In this document: one piece after another, positions 1 to 9,988 of the stretch
Layout of the letters: each line of letters starts with the position of its first letter
How positions within the stretch are numbered: position 1 is the first letter of the stretch
Assembly (NCBI GenBank): GCA_051382335.1
Contig: JBBCAX010000017.1
Location: 1-60,297, forward strand
DNA: 60,297 bases
Origin: Deltaproteobacteria bacterium TL4
GTDB lineage: Bacteria; SAR324; NAC60-12
Direction: 5' to 3'
Position numbers and translations under genes: made by a program
Notes under the pieces: generated by a model
Seen by the model: only the letters and a program-made list of their open reading frames with translations
What the model was told of the DNA's origin: nothing
The model's database searches: none

Positions 1-26
1 TATTAACAATTTAAACATCTCATCAT

Positions 27-458
27 ATGCTCGGCAAGAAATTTATTTCTCTATTGAGTCCCCTAACGATCGAATGGTTGTTGAATATTGAACATTCGTC
101 ACTGGAATCCACATTGACTCGAACTCGTGCTCAGGCGATTCGACTCAGTCACGCTCAATATTCTATTAATGACATCTCCCACATATGCGGAATGACTCGG
201 AAGACCGTTTCCGGTTGGATTACTAACTGGGAAGCAGATGGATTTGACTCTTTATTAACAGCGGTAAAGAGTGGACGACCTCTGATTATTCAGGAAAGCG
301 ATCATGATGAAGTAATTGATATTGTCAAAGAAAATCCCCGCCAAACCAAAATCGCGTTAGAAAAAATCCAGGAGAGGTTCGACAAAACAATCAGTCAGAA
401 GACGCTGAAACGGATCATAAAAAAAAACTTCGTTGGGGCCGTACCCGTAAGTCCTTGA
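27..458 (+). CDS. IS630 transposase, N-terminal HTH part (ORF A)
   Basis: HTH signature SINDISHICGMTRKTVSGWITNW..G...SGRP; ends shortly after an A9 run at 419-427. Confidence 0.85.
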   Translation: MLGKKFISLLSPLTIEWLLNIEHSSLESTLTRTRAQAIRLSHAQYSINDISHICGMTRKTVSGWITNWEADGFDSLLTAVKSGRPLIIQESDHDEVIDIVKENPRQTKIALEKIQERFDKTISQKTLKRIIKKNFVGAVPVSP

Positions 459-1033
459 AATCGAAGCGGGATGAGGAACACTTTCGAGAGGCCCAACAGG
501 ACATGGAGATTCTCAAACACGAGGATGATCTTGGCACGATTGACTTGTATTATTTTGATGGGTCAGGTTTCACAGGGGTCCCAGAAGTTCCATACGCTTG
601 GCAGGATCCTGATGATCCAATTCTTCTTCCGAGTGAAAAGACGAGAAGAATCAATGCGTTGGGGTTTATGAATCGAAAAAGTGACTTGTTCGCATATACC
701 TTTGAGAACTCCATAAATTCTGAGGTCGTTGTAGCGTGCTTTGACGAATTCGTTACTACTCTTGACAAGACCACCATTGTGGTTCTTGATAATGCCCCCA
801 TTCATCATAGCGGATGGTTTGATAGTCAAATAGAGCGATGGGAAGAGGAAGGCTTATACCTTTATTTTTTGCCGACATATTCGCCCGAACTAAATCTCAT
901 AGAAATTCTGTGGAAACACATTAAATATTATTGGCTTTCTTTATCTGCTTATCTCAGTTTTGACGCTTTACGAAAAGAAGTGGATAGAGTTTTGGCAAAT
1001 GTTGGGATTGAGTACAAAATTCAGTTCACATGA
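419..1033 (+). CDS. IS630 transposase, DDE catalytic part (ORF B), reached by -1 frameshift
   Basis: The -1 frame from the A9 run reads KKKLRWGRTRKSLKSKR and continues into YFDGSGF, VVLDNAPIH and LPTYSPELNLIE (DDE_3-type motifs). Confidence 0.85.
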   Translation, partial: KKKLRWGRTRKSLKSKRDEEHFREAQQDMEILKHEDDLGTIDLYYFDGSGFTGVPEVPYAWQDPDDPILLPSEKTRRINALGFMNRKSDLFAYTFENSINSEVVVACFDEFVTTLDKTTIVVLDNAPIHHSGWFDSQIERWEEEGLYLYFLPTYSPELNLIEILWKHIKYYWLSLSAYLSFDALRKEVDRVLANVGIEYKIQFT

Positions 1034-1059
1034 TAGGTAAATACTTTTGTCCAGGTACT

Positions 1060-1134
1060 TAAGTCTTTCCTTGGGAGTGCTGGCCTCTTGCCCGCAAAAA
1101 CAGGCGGGACGCCTGCGTTCCCAGGGAAGACTTA
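1060..1134. repeat. REP-like imperfect palindrome abutting the IS630 end
   Basis: TAAGTCTTTCCTTGGGAGTGCTGGCCTCTTGCCCGC pairs imperfectly with GGCGGGACGCCTGCGTTCCCAGGGAAGACTTA. Confidence 0.7.
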
Positions 1135-1150
1135 GCTGAAAGTTTATAGT

Positions 1151-2242
1151 TTAGGAAGACGGCTTCCAATGTTTTGAAAAATAACCGCATAAATAGTCAG
1201 AGATTTTATCTAAAGGTAAGACTTCATCAACAGCTCCTTTTTGAATGGCGCTTCTGGACATGCCAAAAACCACACAAGACGCTTCGTCCTGTCCAATCGT
1301 GTATGCTCCCACCTCCTTCATTTCAAGCAATCCTTGCGCGCCGTCGCTACCCATGCCAGTCAAAATGACACCCACTGCCAACGGGCCTGCGATATTGGCA
1401 ACAGAGCGAAATAAGACGTCCACAGAAGGTCGGTGACGATTCACAAAATCACCTTGATTTAGCTGTATGACATATTCGCCGTTATGATTGCTGGAAATCA
1501 GCATGTGTTGATTTCCAGGGGCCAGGAAGACTTTCCCCGGGTGGACAAGATCCCCTGTTTCCGCTTCTTTAACCTGCATTTTACATTGTGTATTCAAGCG
1601 TTCCGCAAAGTGTTGTGTAAATACAGGCGGCATGTGTTGCACGATAACGATACCCGGCATTTCGATCGGGAGATTCTTTAAAACCTGGAGGATCGCATCC
1701 GTTCCTCCTGTTGATGAACCGATGGCAATAAGGGGATATTTGGTCCCTTTGGCTGAAAACTTCGGAAGTGTTTTGGCCAAAACCTCATCGACACTTTTTT
1801 TTGTGGAGGGTGACAGAAAAAGCTGATGATGGGTTTTTAACTTCGCTTGCGCCGCCGCTTTCACTTTATCAATAATTTCAACTTTAATCTCAGGCAAGCG
1901 ACTGCTGATTTCAATTACAGGTTTTTCAATCACATCCACAGCTCCAAGTTCAAGCGCGCGGAACGCTTCCTTGGAACCTTCTTTGGTTAAACTGCTGACC
2001 ATGACGATAGGTATCGGATTGGATTTCATGAGGTTTTCCAGAAAGGTGAGTCCGTCCATTCCTGGCATTTTAATATCAAGAGTCAACACGTCGGGGTGGA
2101 ACTTTTGAATTTTCTTCAGCGCGACGGCGGCATCAGGCGCTGTCGCAACCACTTCCAGCTCCGGGTCCGATTCAAGGATTTGAGATAGAACTTGCCGAGC
2201 TACAGCGGAGTCATCGACAATCACAATTTTGATAGGTTTCAT
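1151..2242 (-). CDS. cheB: Chemotaxis response regulator methylesterase CheB
   Basis: N-terminal REC (VDDS, TLDIKMP) plus methylesterase motifs [29 protein letters not shown]. Confidence 0.97.
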   Translation of the reverse strand: MKPIKIVIVDDSAVARQVLSQILESDPELEVVATAPDAAVALKKIQKFHPDVLTLDIKMPGMDGLTFLENLMKSNPIPIVMVSSLTKEGSKEAFRALELGAVDVIEKPVIEISSRLPEIKVEIIDKVKAAAQAKLKTHHQLFLSPSTKKSVDEVLAKTLPKFSAKGTKYPLIAIGSSTGGTDAILQVLKNLPIEMPGIVIVQHMPPVFTQHFAERLNTQCKMQVKEAETGDLVHPGKVFLAPGNQHMLISSNHNGEYVIQLNQGDFVNRHRPSVDVLFRSVANIAGPLAVGVILTGMGSDGAQGLLEMKEVGAYTIGQDEASCVVFGMSRSAIQKGAVDEVLPLDKISDYLCGYFSKHWKPSS

Positions 2243-4710
2243 GAATCCATTTGAGCGATAAATAAGGTTTCATCCGAGATTTGAGCGGGTTTTTCTGTTC
2301 CCTTGGCGGGATCTTCAATGTTGAAAAAGTTCATTAACTCCATCAATTCCTGGCCTTGATCCGCGGTCATCTGGCTGGCGGCTGCGATTTCCTCAATCAG
2401 GGTCGCGTTTTGTTGAGTCAGTTTCCCCATTTCGGAAAGGGCATAGTTGATTTCCTTGATCCCATCAGCTTGTTCACGGGAAGAAACACTGATGTTTTCA
2501 ATCATATCCGAGACTTCAGTGACCGCGTTGATGATGCCCTGTAAATTTTCTTCAACCTGGGTTCCCAAGTCTTGAAAATTCTGTTCCAGGTTTTCTCCAA
2601 GATTACTCAACATTTCTTTGGTTTTTCCCGACAGTTCTTCTACGGCTTGGTTGGATTCGTTCGCCAGTTGTGTTCCTTTGCTCACCTGTTCCAAGCTGCT
2701 CTCGATTAATTCCCCGATCACTTTTGAGGCTTTGGAGGATCGGTGTGCCAGTTTGCGAACTTCAGCCGCGACCACCGCAAAGCCTTTTCCGTGTTCACCG
2801 GCTCTTGCCGCTTCAACGGAAGCATTGAGGGCGAGTAAATTCGTTTGAAACGCGATTTCGTTAATCACACTGATGATTCCAGAAATTTTCTTTGCGCTTG
2901 AGGTGATGTCTTCCATCGCCACCAGGGCATCGCGATTGATGGTTTGTACCTTTTCAACAAACTGTTGGTTGGTATGTTGTACGTCGACAATGATACTGCG
3001 ATTAGCGGAAATGGTTTTGGTGACAATTTCTTTAAGTTGGAAACTTCCCAATTCAGCGGCGGTTTTGGTACTTTTACTGATCTGATTGGCTTCATTGGCA
3101 CTGTTCGCGTTATGCTGCACCGTTACTGTGATTTCTTCCATTGTAGCCGACGTTTCCTCCAAGGCGGCTGAGTGCTCTTCGGTTCGGCTTGCCAGGTTTT
3201 GATTCCGCTCCGCTAATTGTGACGACGCGGAGGATATGCTTGTGGCTCCCTGTTTGACTTTACCAATGACATCACTCAAGCGGTCGATCAGAGCATTGAA
3301 AAGATTGCCCAGGTAAGCAATTTCATCTTTTGTGGGAATGTGAACCCGCTTTGTGAAATCTCCATCTTTTACGTTTTTAAAAACAACCCCAAGAGCATAG
3401 ATGGTATTGGTAATGGCCTTAGAAAAGAAGAACATCACGCTGACGCAAATCAAGATGGAAACGATACTAAAAGCAAAGATTCCCACAATAACTTTTTGAA
3501 TATGTTGATTCAACATCGTTTGTTTGGCCTGTTTCGCGACTCCGAGCTCATCCAGATATGTGCCTGTCGCAATAACCCAATTCCACTTTTTAAAGGGTTT
3601 GGCATACATCAATTTGGTGACATATTCTGCATCCAGGTGATCTTTTCGCGGTTTGGGCCATTGATAGTGAAGGACGCCTTCCCCGAATTCACTGATCAAG
3701 CGATTGGCTTGAAGCAAGAGTGGCATTTTTTTAGTGAGCCCTTCCGCATAGACCAGTTCTCCGTTGTGAGCGCCTTCCAGATATCGAAGATCTTTGATAT
3801 GGACGCCCTCTAAGGCCGGTAAGACACTGTGCATCAACATCGTGCCCTCATCAGGCTGACGAGGATTAGAGGCATAAATCCAGAAATATTCTTGTTGCTT
3901 TCCATAGCGAAGTTCCTTGAGGATTTGTATGGCTGTCTTTTGTGCGTCCTCTTCCAGCTCACTCAGGAATAATTCTGTGCCAATAACCCAACCCCAAGGC
4001 TTGAAGACTTTGGCATAGCCCAACATTTTTTTGTTAATAATCATGCCATTAGGCATCAACAAAGGCCATTCGTAACGCACAAAAGATTCCTCGGTTTGAG
4101 CGATATTTTGGTTGATTTGAACAAACAACGGTGTTTTTAATTCCGCAGTGCTTTCGCTGTAAACAAGTTTCCCCTTTTTTGTTCCAATGGAGAAACGATA
4201 TTCCGAAACATCCTGTCCCTCCAACTCGCTGAGCACTGGATGCATCAGCATTTGAGGTTGACCGATCTTACCGCGGTCAAAGGAATGGATCCAAAAATGA
4301 CGTTGACTCGAAGGGCCATAACGCAATTTCCCAATTTGCAGCAGGAGCTCCTTTTGCGCTTTCTTCATCTCAACCTGTGGATTTTTTGAGGAGGCGGCCT
4401 GTTGATAACGGTCATGAATCATTGAAAGCACAAGCTCCAGGTTTGGATTCAGTAAGTCTTTGGTTTGTTTTTTAAGCTGGTTTTCATTGTTAATGCCGGC
4501 ATAGACCCTTTCTACCGCGGAAAGTGCCACGGAAACCATATTTTTTAACTCCTGGGTTTTGGCGTCCATAATTTCATTTTCATAACTGGCCACCTCTTTT
4601 TCCGCTTGTGCCTCAATGACCCAAAAAACATAAATGGCAGGAACCGTCAGCGCGAAAAGCGCGATTGAAAATCCAAGCAACATAATCTTCCATCGAATAC
4701 TAATCTTCAT
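2239..4710 (-). CDS. Methyl-accepting chemotaxis protein with tandem sCache_2-like sensor domains, HAMP and an extended signalling domain
   Basis: Two TM helices; two Y/HFWI..MHP/S..Y.WP..K..YAK.FK.W.WVI.T repeats; HAMP (DEIAYLG); hairpin tip [30 protein letters not shown]; 4-bp overlap with cheB. Confidence 0.95.
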   Translation of the reverse strand: MKISIRWKIMLLGFSIALFALTVPAIYVFWVIEAQAEKEVASYENEIMDAKTQELKNMVSVALSAVERVYAGINNENQLKKQTKDLLNPNLELVLSMIHDRYQQAASSKNPQVEMKKAQKELLLQIGKLRYGPSSQRHFWIHSFDRGKIGQPQMLMHPVLSELEGQDVSEYRFSIGTKKGKLVYSESTAELKTPLFVQINQNIAQTEESFVRYEWPLLMPNGMIINKKMLGYAKVFKPWGWVIGTELFLSELEEDAQKTAIQILKELRYGKQQEYFWIYASNPRQPDEGTMLMHSVLPALEGVHIKDLRYLEGAHNGELVYAEGLTKKMPLLLQANRLISEFGEGVLHYQWPKPRKDHLDAEYVTKLMYAKPFKKWNWVIATGTYLDELGVAKQAKQTMLNQHIQKVIVGIFAFSIVSILICVSVMFFFSKAITNTIYALGVVFKNVKDGDFTKRVHIPTKDEIAYLGNLFNALIDRLSDVIGKVKQGATSISSASSQLAERNQNLASRTEEHSAALEETSATMEEITVTVQHNANSANEANQISKSTKTAAELGSFQLKEIVTKTISANRSIIVDVQHTNQQFVEKVQTINRDALVAMEDITSSAKKISGIISVINEIAFQTNLLALNASVEAARAGEHGKGFAVVAAEVRKLAHRSSKASKVIGELIESSLEQVSKGTQLANESNQAVEELSGKTKEMLSNLGENLEQNFQDLGTQVEENLQGIINAVTEVSDMIENISVSSREQADGIKEINYALSEMGKLTQQNATLIEEIAAASQMTADQGQELMELMNFFNIEDPAKGTEKPAQISDETLFIAQMDS

Positions 4711-4762
4711 AACTCTCCTATTTTTTAAGCTAAAAACCTAGTGACGTAAGTATAGAATTCCT

Positions 4763-5296
4763 TCAAACCATAGCTTGAGTAGGGAGTAAGCCGAGTTCTT
4801 CTTGTGAAAGCATACTCTCCGCATTCAGTAAGATGACCATTTCCTCTTTGATTTGACCAATCCCTTCGATAAAAGCGGTATCGATATTGGTGGAAAATTC
4901 TGGGGTTTCCTGTCGTTGGCTATCTCTAATAAAAACCACATCAGAAACTGAATCGACAATAATTCCTATCAACTTTTTTCCAACTTGAATAATAATCACC
5001 ACCGTATACTGATCGTAGTGTTGGGTGGGCATTCCAAATTTAACGCGCAGGTCAACAATGGGAACGATCAAGCCCCTTAAATTAATGACCCCTTTGATGC
5101 ATTTCGGTACATTCGGAAGAGGTGAGGGTTGGCTATAACTGATCAACTCACGAACTGTCAGTATATCAATGCCATAACATTCATGACCTAAAGTAAAAGT
5201 AACGAGTTGAACCCCATCGCCGGAGTAGTTTGCCTGGAGGTCGATATCTTCATATTCCTCCAGGTTCATCCAACTTTCAAAATCTTCAATTTCCAT
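4763..5296 (-). CDS. cheW: Chemotaxis coupling protein CheW
   Basis: QLVTFTLG.E.YGIDILTVRE, GVINLRGLIVPIVDLR, GIIVDSVSDV. Confidence 0.96.
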   Translation of the reverse strand: MEIEDFESWMNLEEYEDIDLQANYSGDGVQLVTFTLGHECYGIDILTVRELISYSQPSPLPNVPKCIKGVINLRGLIVPIVDLRVKFGMPTQHYDQYTVVIIIQVGKKLIGIIVDSVSDVVFIRDSQRQETPEFSTNIDTAFIEGIGQIKEEMVILLNAESMLSQEELGLLPTQAMV

Positions 5297-5347
5297 TAAT
5301 GCCTTCTAACGTGATTAACTTTTTTTGATTTTCAGGACTTGTCTCGG

Positions 5348-7450
5348 TTATATATATTTTTGACGAATCAATCCAGGAATATCAAGTATCAAAGAGATCT
5401 CTCCGTTTCCGAGGATGGTTGCGCCGGCAATCCCTGGTAATTGAACAAAATTATCTTCGAGACTTTTAATGACGACTTGTTGCTGATCAATCACCTCATC
5501 CACCAAAATACAGTACTTGGCGTTTGCGTGTTCCACAATCACGACAAGCCCTTCTGACGGGATTTCGTACAGCGGTCGTAAATTAAAGAGTTTATGCAGT
5601 CTCAGTAAAGGGATGTATTCACCACGGACTTCTATGAGTTCGCCTTCCTGTTGCAGCGTTTTGATTTGCGAGCTACCCGGTTTTAAGGATTCAACAATGG
5701 AAAGCAAAGGGATGGTCAGCGTCTGGTCTCCTACTTTGACCAACATCCCTTCTATAATCGCGAGCGTTAAGGGCAGTTTGATCCGGAAGGTCGTGCCTTT
5801 TTTAATTTGACTATGAATTTCGATACTTCCTCTCAAGGCTCCAATATCCTGCTGAACCGCATCCAGGCCAACACCTCTCCCTGAAATATCGGTGACTTGG
5901 TCAGCGGTGGTAAAACCTGGTTTCAGAATCAGTTGAAAGATCTCCTGTTCTGTCAAGGTCTGCTCCTGACCGATCAAGCCATTCTTCCGAGCGACTTGAA
6001 GGACTTTGTCACGATTTATGCCTGCGCCATCATCTTGTATTTCTACAACCACATGTCCTTCCTGATGATAGGCTCTGAGGGCAATCCAGCCAATTTTTTC
6101 CTTCCCCTGTTTTAGACGTTCTTCTGGAGCTTCAATCCCATGATCCATCGCATTTCGAACTAAATGCTTCAAGGCCCCACTTAATTGTTCAATAATGCTT
6201 TTGTCCAGCTCGGTCTCTTCTCCTGAAACCCTAAACTGGATCTGTTTTCCGGTTTTGTTTGAAAAATCGCGGACCATTCGCTGCAAGGGTGTAAAAGAAC
6301 CGCCTATGGGAACCATACGAACATTCATGATTTGTTCCTGAAGTTCCCGAACGATCCGTTCATTATCATCCAGTATTTGGAGCAGAACTTCCCCTGTACT
6401 TTCGTCAAGTAATTCAATAGATTCATAGATTCTCGTTAAACGTGCCTGATTAATGACGGTTTCTCCCACCAGATTTTGGAGTTTGTCCAGTTTGGAAATA
6501 TTAATTCGGATCGAAGAGGTGATTTGTTTTTGATTCAAATCCTCTGTGACTTTATTTACGGGGATCTGAGGACTCTGCTCCACAGGTGTCCGCAGAGAGG
6601 TTGCGCCTACAGGCGTTAGGGGAGGCGTCTCTTTCACTTTTTGAGGCCTGTCTTCGATTTGTTCCTGGTCTTTTCTTTGAAACTCAGGTTCGGGCGGCGG
6701 TAACAAGGGAGTGACTAAACGAATGTCATTGCCCTCTTCATAGAACATGAGCATTTCTTCAATTTTAGACGCTTCTTGCGGGGTGACGAGGTGCACCGTC
6801 CACCATAGGTAGAGTTGTTGTGGATCCAATTCCTCCAAGGTTGGAATGGGACTGGTATGGGGAATAATAATGGTTTTCCCCAATTTGCCCAAATCTTGAA
6901 GTAGGGGGATAGGGTCGACTTTTTTATGGAATAAATCGGGAGCAAATCGAAGGTGGATTAAAAATTTATTATTTTCGGACTTCTTCTCAAGAGCTGAAGT
7001 GCTCGTCGTTTGTGAAACTGGGACAGTGCCTTTTTTTTCGATAGGTTTTGCTGAATCTTCAGGAAGATAGTTTTGAATCTGGTTGAGACTCTCCTGGATT
7101 TTCGCTTGATCCAATACGCTTTCTTTTTTTCCATCGGCAATGAAGCCTTTGAACAGGTCTAACGCGACTAAGAGCAGGGAAATTAATTCAGCGGTGATTA
7201 CGATTTGGCCCGTTCGAATTTGAGAAAGCAAATTTTCAACATGATGCGCATAGTGAGAAAACTCTGTCAACATGACCATCCCCGCACCCCCCTTGATGGT
7301 GTGGACTTCACGGAAGAGCGAGTCAATTTTTTCAGGGTCTTGTGAACCGTGTTCCAACGCTAATAAATCAGATTCCAATTTTTCAATGGATTCTTCGGCT
7401 TCCTGGAAGAAAATAGCCAACACCTGTTTGTCATAATATTCTTCTTGCAC
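5348..7450 (-). CDS. cheA: Chemotaxis histidine kinase CheA (cluster 1)
   Basis: Hpt (FREVHTIKGG), dimerisation (KLDKLQNLVGE), HATPase (HLVRNAMDHG, DDGAG, SGRGVGLD), CheW domain. Start moved to GTG at 7450, preceded by GAGGGAG and just after the upstream stop. Confidence 0.95.
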   Translation of the reverse strand: MQEEYYDKQVLAIFFQEAEESIEKLESDLLALEHGSQDPEKIDSLFREVHTIKGGAGMVMLTEFSHYAHHVENLLSQIRTGQIVITAELISLLLVALDLFKGFIADGKKESVLDQAKIQESLNQIQNYLPEDSAKPIEKKGTVPVSQTTSTSALEKKSENNKFLIHLRFAPDLFHKKVDPIPLLQDLGKLGKTIIIPHTSPIPTLEELDPQQLYLWWTVHLVTPQEASKIEEMLMFYEEGNDIRLVTPLLPPPEPEFQRKDQEQIEDRPQKVKETPPLTPVGATSLRTPVEQSPQIPVNKVTEDLNQKQITSSIRINISKLDKLQNLVGETVINQARLTRIYESIELLDESTGEVLLQILDDNERIVRELQEQIMNVRMVPIGGSFTPLQRMVRDFSNKTGKQIQFRVSGEETELDKSIIEQLSGALKHLVRNAMDHGIEAPEERLKQGKEKIGWIALRAYHQEGHVVVEIQDDGAGINRDKVLQVARKNGLIGQEQTLTEQEIFQLILKPGFTTADQVTDISGRGVGLDAVQQDIGALRGSIEIHSQIKKGTTFRIKLPLTLAIIEGMLVKVGDQTLTIPLLSIVESLKPGSSQIKTLQQEGELIEVRGEYIPLLRLHKLFNLRPLYEIPSEGLVVIVEHANAKYCILVDEVIDQQQVVIKSLEDNFVQLPGIAGATILGNGEISLILDIPGLIRQKYI

Positions 7451-7467
7451 AATGCAATCTCCCTCTT

Positions 7468-8850
7468 TTAGCGAAATAATACGTCTTCGGTCCATTCTGG
7501 ACTGGAACCAAGTTTTAAGTAGTGCTCACAGCGTTGAAGATAAAGGGTGGAGACTTTATCTTCCGGACAATGAATGAGGCATTCCTCAAACAACTTTTTT
7601 GCTTCCATGAATTCTTGTAAATGATAGAGGGCTAAGCCTTCCTCAAAGGATTTAATAAGCGCCATTTTTTTTTCTTTTATGGAAGGAGGCTCAACATCCA
7701 ATACCTCAAAAACACAAAATGGAACATTCCGACCTCTCGCTCGAACACGTCCTACTAAGCGTAAATTGTAATGAAAAGGCTCTTTTAACTCATTCCATGT
7801 GGCTTCACTGATCAAAAGGGAGGTTCCGTAGGGTTTATTCATATCTTCAATGCGAGAGGCTAAATTGACGGCATCGCTGATTACGGTTCCATCCATGCGG
7901 GTTTGACCTCCAACGGTTCCGAGCATCAAGGTGCCTGTGTTCAAACCTATGCCAATCTTGATGGGGGCATATCCGCTTTTGCCACGGTCCTGATTATAAA
8001 TAGCTAAGGCTTCAAACATCGAAATGGCCCCACGTAAGGCATCATCCGCATTGGTTGGAAACAAGGCCATAATGGCGTCTCCAATGTATTTGTCAATAAA
8101 CCCATGGTGCTCCGAGATGACGGGTTCCATTCGACCAAGATAAGAATTGATAAAACTGAAATTTTCAGCGGTTGTCATTTGTTCGGAGAGTGTGGTAAAG
8201 CCTCGGATGTCCGCGAAAAGGATCGTCATCACCCGTTCCACTTGATCTCCAAGCTTGACATCCATAATGCTGGCTTTGTTTAAAAAGCTTAAGAATTGTT
8301 TGGGGACAAATTTTTCAAAAACCTTGGTCATCACGGCGATGGCTTCGGTTTCCACCAGTTGGAGTTTGGTTTGTTTTAACTCTTCGTAGGCTTTTTTTTG
8401 TTGGTTGAGTGAGCCTTGCAGTTCACGATTTAAATTCCGGTTTTGATCTTCGGTTTGCTTGATACGGACCAGTACCTTAACACGAGCAATCAATTCTTGG
8501 GGGGCAAAGGGTTTAGGGAGGTAATCATCCGCTCTTAAATCGGACAGTCCTTTCACAATTTCCTGGGTATCGCTTTGTGCTGTGAGGAAGAGTACAGGAA
8601 TATTGCGCCATTGTTCATCCACATTCAGGACTTGTATGCATTCATCACCTGTCATGGAGGGCATATTCCGGTCAAGAACAATCACATCAGGCAATCCCGA
8701 GGCGTTACAAGCGCAGAGCACTCTTAAAGCTTGCTCTCCATTTTCAGCTTCTGTCACTGTAAATTGACATCCCTCTGCGGTTTCGAGTGCTCCTCTCACT
8801 TGAAACCTGATCGTTTTTGAGTCATCAACAATGAGGATATTTGCTTTCAT
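7468..8850 (-). CDS. Response regulator fused to a class III adenylate cyclase with a C-terminal TPR-like helix pair
   Basis: REC with intact DD, D (VLDRNMP), T and K (LPKPF); coiled coil; cyclase motifs LFADIRGFT, DKYIGDAIMA and MDGTVISDAVNLASRIE, whose Lys/Asp pair indicates ATP specificity. Confidence 0.92.
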   Translation of the reverse strand: MKANILIVDDSKTIRFQVRGALETAEGCQFTVTEAENGEQALRVLCACNASGLPDVIVLDRNMPSMTGDECIQVLNVDEQWRNIPVLFLTAQSDTQEIVKGLSDLRADDYLPKPFAPQELIARVKVLVRIKQTEDQNRNLNRELQGSLNQQKKAYEELKQTKLQLVETEAIAVMTKVFEKFVPKQFLSFLNKASIMDVKLGDQVERVMTILFADIRGFTTLSEQMTTAENFSFINSYLGRMEPVISEHHGFIDKYIGDAIMALFPTNADDALRGAISMFEALAIYNQDRGKSGYAPIKIGIGLNTGTLMLGTVGGQTRMDGTVISDAVNLASRIEDMNKPYGTSLLISEATWNELKEPFHYNLRLVGRVRARGRNVPFCVFEVLDVEPPSIKEKKMALIKSFEEGLALYHLQEFMEAKKLFEECLIHCPEDKVSTLYLQRCEHYLKLGSSPEWTEDVLFR

Positions 8851-8897
8851 CAATAGCTAGACCTTAGCCGAAAAGGTTTTTGAAAATAGTAAACGGC

Positions 8898-8914
8898 ATC
8901 GACTTTAAGTCGAT
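8898..8914. promoter_or_regulatory. Palindromic candidate operator upstream of chemosensory cluster 1
   Basis: ATCGACTT-T-AAGTCGAT, a perfect 8-bp inverted repeat about 50 bp upstream of the ATG at 8850. Confidence 0.35.
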
Positions 8915-9093
8915 TACTTCTTTTCGTTAATAAACTTCTACCTAAAATTTAATTACTCCATTTTAGATTTACCAAAATTGGATTTTTGTTTGTAAATTGT
9001 TATAATGGGAAAATTTTTGAGTATAGTAATCCCTATAATCTACTTTTACATGGGTTTGAGGTAGCGTTTAAGCCACTTGTTTGAGTTGCCTTT

Positions 9094-9844
9094 TATGGAA
9101 TGAGAATTAAATAACTTCCCCATTTGTAAACAATGCTGTTTTAGGTAAATACCTGCAAGTTGTAACGATTGATTTTTGTCCATATTAATTAAGAAATATC
9201 TTCTTTTGTGTAAGGCTATCTCTGTTATTCTTATGAATAATAATCATTTTATGACATTTATCATAAAGCGTACAAGGGATACGGTGAATAAACAGGTTCT
9301 TTTTATCCGCGTGGAATAGCTCTATAATTCCACTGTGGTAGATAATCGTCAACAAGGTGTACAATAAATTAGGCCAGTTTTTCACAATGGACGTTAGTTT
9401 CATTTTTTACTTTCTGAGTGTGAGGTGGGTGAATTGCTTTCAGTCCATCCTCAACTCCCATCTATTCACAAAGGTTGTTATGATCGATAAACAGGTAATG
9501 GCGTTGATTGAAAAGATGAATAAACAACTTCCAATTCCCGCTTATCCTACAGAAATACTTATTAGAAATATGAATAAAAAGAATATAAAATTTAGCAAAC
9601 AGGACAATCTAAAAATCGATAGTGTATTGTATCTTGGAAACGAAGGAGGGATTGGATGCGCTATTTCAGGACCACAGAAACTCAATACAGTCCTTGTGAT
9701 TTCTATAACACACTTGTTGATAAAATCAGATCATCCTTTGGCAAATGAAATCAAAAATTACCAGCGAGAACGTATTGAACAGTTGGCGAAAAACTATCCT
9801 TAACAGGAGTGGAAATGGGTAAGTTATTTAATTCTCATTCCTTA
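9094..9844. mobile_element. Non-autonomous TIR-bounded cassette carrying one passenger gene
   Basis: 9097-9125 GGAATGAGAATTAAATAACTTCCCCATTT matches the reverse complement of 9813-9841 at 28/29 positions; TA lies just outside both ends; no transposase inside. Confidence 0.7.
9480..9803 (+). CDS. Hypothetical protein (passenger of the TIR cassette)
   Basis: 107-aa globular-looking ORF from ATG 9480 (AAGG upstream), with VLYLGNEGGIGC and SITHL..HPLANEIKNYQ. The longer ORF-track start at 9357 looks spurious. Confidence 0.7.
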   Translation: MIDKQVMALIEKMNKQLPIPAYPTEILIRNMNKKNIKFSKQDNLKIDSVLYLGNEGGIGCAISGPQKLNTVLVISITHLLIKSDHPLANEIKNYQRERIEQLAKNYP

Positions 9845-9988
9845 ATTCCAACTGGAGAGAATGGAAATGAAGAATCCTGAAACCAGGGGCCTCACCCCAC
9901 GATTTGCGCCATTCACGGTTTTTTTGCGGACTCCCACTGGCTCAATCTTCACGTCTTCAAAGAGGCAACGTTAACAGAGTAATGTTCT

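Larger units (their letters stand above)
1..1061 (+). mobile_element. IS630-family insertion sequence (left end outside the window)
   Basis: Two overlapping transposase ORFs followed by a likely right end ...TTTTGTCCAGGTACTTA finishing in TA (1060-1061). No matching left inverted repeat inside the window. Confidence 0.85.

Noticed and set aside
7451..7495. N-terminal extension of cheA overlapping the cyclase gene
   Set aside because: An RBS plus GTG at 7450 gives a non-overlapping start that begins at the Hpt domain.
9185..9403. 72-aa minus-strand ORF inside the TIR cassette (possible toxin-antitoxin partner)
   Set aside because: AT-rich, no clear RBS or motif; insufficient support.
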